Shown: piece by piece, positions 62,467 to 64,000 of the stretch | Layout of the letters: each line of letters opens with the position of its first letter | Position numbering within the stretch: position 1 is the first letter of the stretch | DNA from: Perkinsus olseni | Lineage: Eukaryota | DNA length: 64,000 nucleotides | Direction: 5' to 3' | NCBI GenBank assembly: GCA_013115125.1 | Contig: JABANN010000034.1 | Location: 1 to 64,000, forward strand | Program-made: the position numbers and the translations under genes | The notes under the pieces: model-generated | What the model saw: the letters and a program-made list of their open reading frames with translations, nothing else | Told to the model about the DNA's origin: nothing | Databases searched by the model: none

Positions 62467-63378
62467 ATGATGTCAATTTGCCTCTCCGCCATCCTCCTGT
62501 CTTCAGCTGCTGCAACTACCCCTGAGGTTGTTGACATCCTCGGCATCTCCTTCCCCATACCCAAGATAGGCGACTATGAGTGCCAGAAGGTTCAACTGAA
62601 TGGAAGCTACGAGTACAAAACCATCTCTCGTCCAGAAGGAGATCGTCACTTTTTCGTCTACACCCCGGCGGTGACACAAGTGCGTGCTCTGGTCTTGAAC
62701 CTCCACCATCTCAGCGGAGATTGTCGACTGTTCAGGAAGCAAAGCTGCATCGTTAATGCCGCGGACAAGAATGGGTGGCTGGTTGTTACGCCATGCGGCC
62801 TCCCAGGGCTGCTAGGGCTCAACTCGTGGAACGCTGGCTCCTGCTGCCAAACTGATAAGACGATCGATGACTACGGCTTCATGAAGGACATTATTGCTCT
62901 TCTCCTTCCAACGAACCACATTCCAGTCTACGCTGTTGGGTACAGCAACGGTGCTATGCTCGCCGAAGGTCTGCTATGTAGAAACATTGTTACGAGGGCC
63001 GTCTCAGTGAGCGGTGTGATAACCGGTGGGAAAGAAGGGCTCAAGGCTTGTAGGTCGTCGTTTCGAATGTCGGCCGAGGCACGGTTGGGTCATGTCCATG
63101 GTCTGTTGGATCCATTTGTTCCCTATTATTTCGGCCCTACATCACTTATCTTCGACTTCCCTTCCGTACCGAATGACATGAACACATGGGCCGTCAAGTT
63201 CAACTGTGATGGTACGACCAAGACATCCCGCGGTTTAATCTTCGACTTCACCGAATGGCGAAACTGTCAGAACGGTTCCGAGGTAAAGTTGGTGCGGAAC
63301 AATATTGGCAGTCACTTCTGGTGGGAAGTGGATGATTTCAGCACTTCTTCATTCGCTATCAATATGCTAGAGAACTGA
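62467..63378 (+). CDS. Intronless secreted alpha/beta hydrolase, LpqC/PHB-depolymerase-like esterase
   Basis: Signal MMSICLSAILLSSAAA; SWNAGSCC, DDYGFM, nucleophile elbow GYSNG, HGLLDPFVPY (Asp) and GSHFW (His). Confidence 0.85.
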   Translation: MMSICLSAILLSSAAATTPEVVDILGISFPIPKIGDYECQKVQLNGSYEYKTISRPEGDRHFFVYTPAVTQVRALVLNLHHLSGDCRLFRKQSCIVNAADKNGWLVVTPCGLPGLLGLNSWNAGSCCQTDKTIDDYGFMKDIIALLLPTNHIPVYAVGYSNGAMLAEGLLCRNIVTRAVSVSGVITGGKEGLKACRSSFRMSAEARLGHVHGLLDPFVPYYFGPTSLIFDFPSVPNDMNTWAVKFNCDGTTKTSRGLIFDFTEWRNCQNGSEVKLVRNNIGSHFWWEVDDFSTSSFAINMLEN

Positions 63379-64000
63379 ATACATCATTCGAGTCTCTATA
63401 ACTCGGAGAAAGCACCAACGACAGTCTCCTCGGAGCCATTATGATTATCGGTACATTTTTTCGATCACAATACAAAGGCGATCTCAGATGAATCTGCTTG
63501 CGGCGATCAGTCGGTTCGGAAACCGGTTTGATCGGACGTGCCTGTCTTGTGACTTCCAGCAGTCGGTTAAGGACTTCCATGTAGAATTTTTTACATCCCA
63601 ACACACCTTGGACTGTGTTCGGGATTTATTTTCATAGTTTTGCTCGTGACATCATTTATCAGTTGGGGTGCCCGGATTGAGGTGCTTAACGCTATCAGCC
63701 GGGAGATGGATGATGTTCTTTACGTAGCACCGATGGTGAGGTGTTGAGTATGATTCAATCGTGGGCATATACACCCGTTTGGCCGGCTATGTCTACTCCT
63801 GGCGAGTGTTTTGCTCGCCGGAACCCTATTCGTACACTGGCCCTACGTGACTTCAATTTCGATTCTATAGGCCTTCAATACCACGAGGCAGAACTTGAGA
63901 TGATTGGGACCTTCAAAAATCGTGGCCGGTCCTCGAGACATTCATTTTCGCGGCTCTAGAAAACCAAACTTCGCGAATAGGATATCCCGCTCCGTTGTCC

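Noticed and set aside
63359-63604. Mariner transposase-like phrase FYMEVLNRLLEVTRQARP
   Set aside because: No neighbouring HDNA or YSPDL motifs; not supportable.

Overview
Gene-dense, intron-rich eukaryotic nuclear DNA with short (mostly about 45-60 nt) GT-AG introns. A Perkinsus-like alveolate parasite is my inference from the Fe-SOD structure, intron style and flagellar genes. In order: two tandem Fe-superoxide dismutases (one with a mitochondrial-type presequence, one without); a >11 kb multi-exon gene for a giant Cys-motif secreted protein with an antisense tRNA-Leu(UAA) inside one intron; a 791-bp TA-flanked foldback/MITE near which that gene and a convergent HYDIN gene both end abruptly; a divergent proteasome beta-7 subunit; a decayed DNA-transposon tract including an intron-containing hAT transposase remnant; a ~11.7 kb gene for a type-I membrane protein with >=10 D-x-[YFH]-G-N Ig/invasin-like repeats and a long coiled-coil tail; a tandem duplication carrying two intronless, probably GPI-anchored surface glycoproteins; an outer-arm dynein heavy chain; and a compact co-directional run (small membrane protein, NAE1, EF-hand protein, intronless LpqC/PHB-depolymerase-like esterase). 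Several introns hold non-coding cargo: a tRNA, a tRNA 3'-half relic, a three-copy repeat with a B-box-like core, and C/D-box candidates. Exon boundaries were read by eye and multi-exon gene ends are approximate where stated. No database searches were run.
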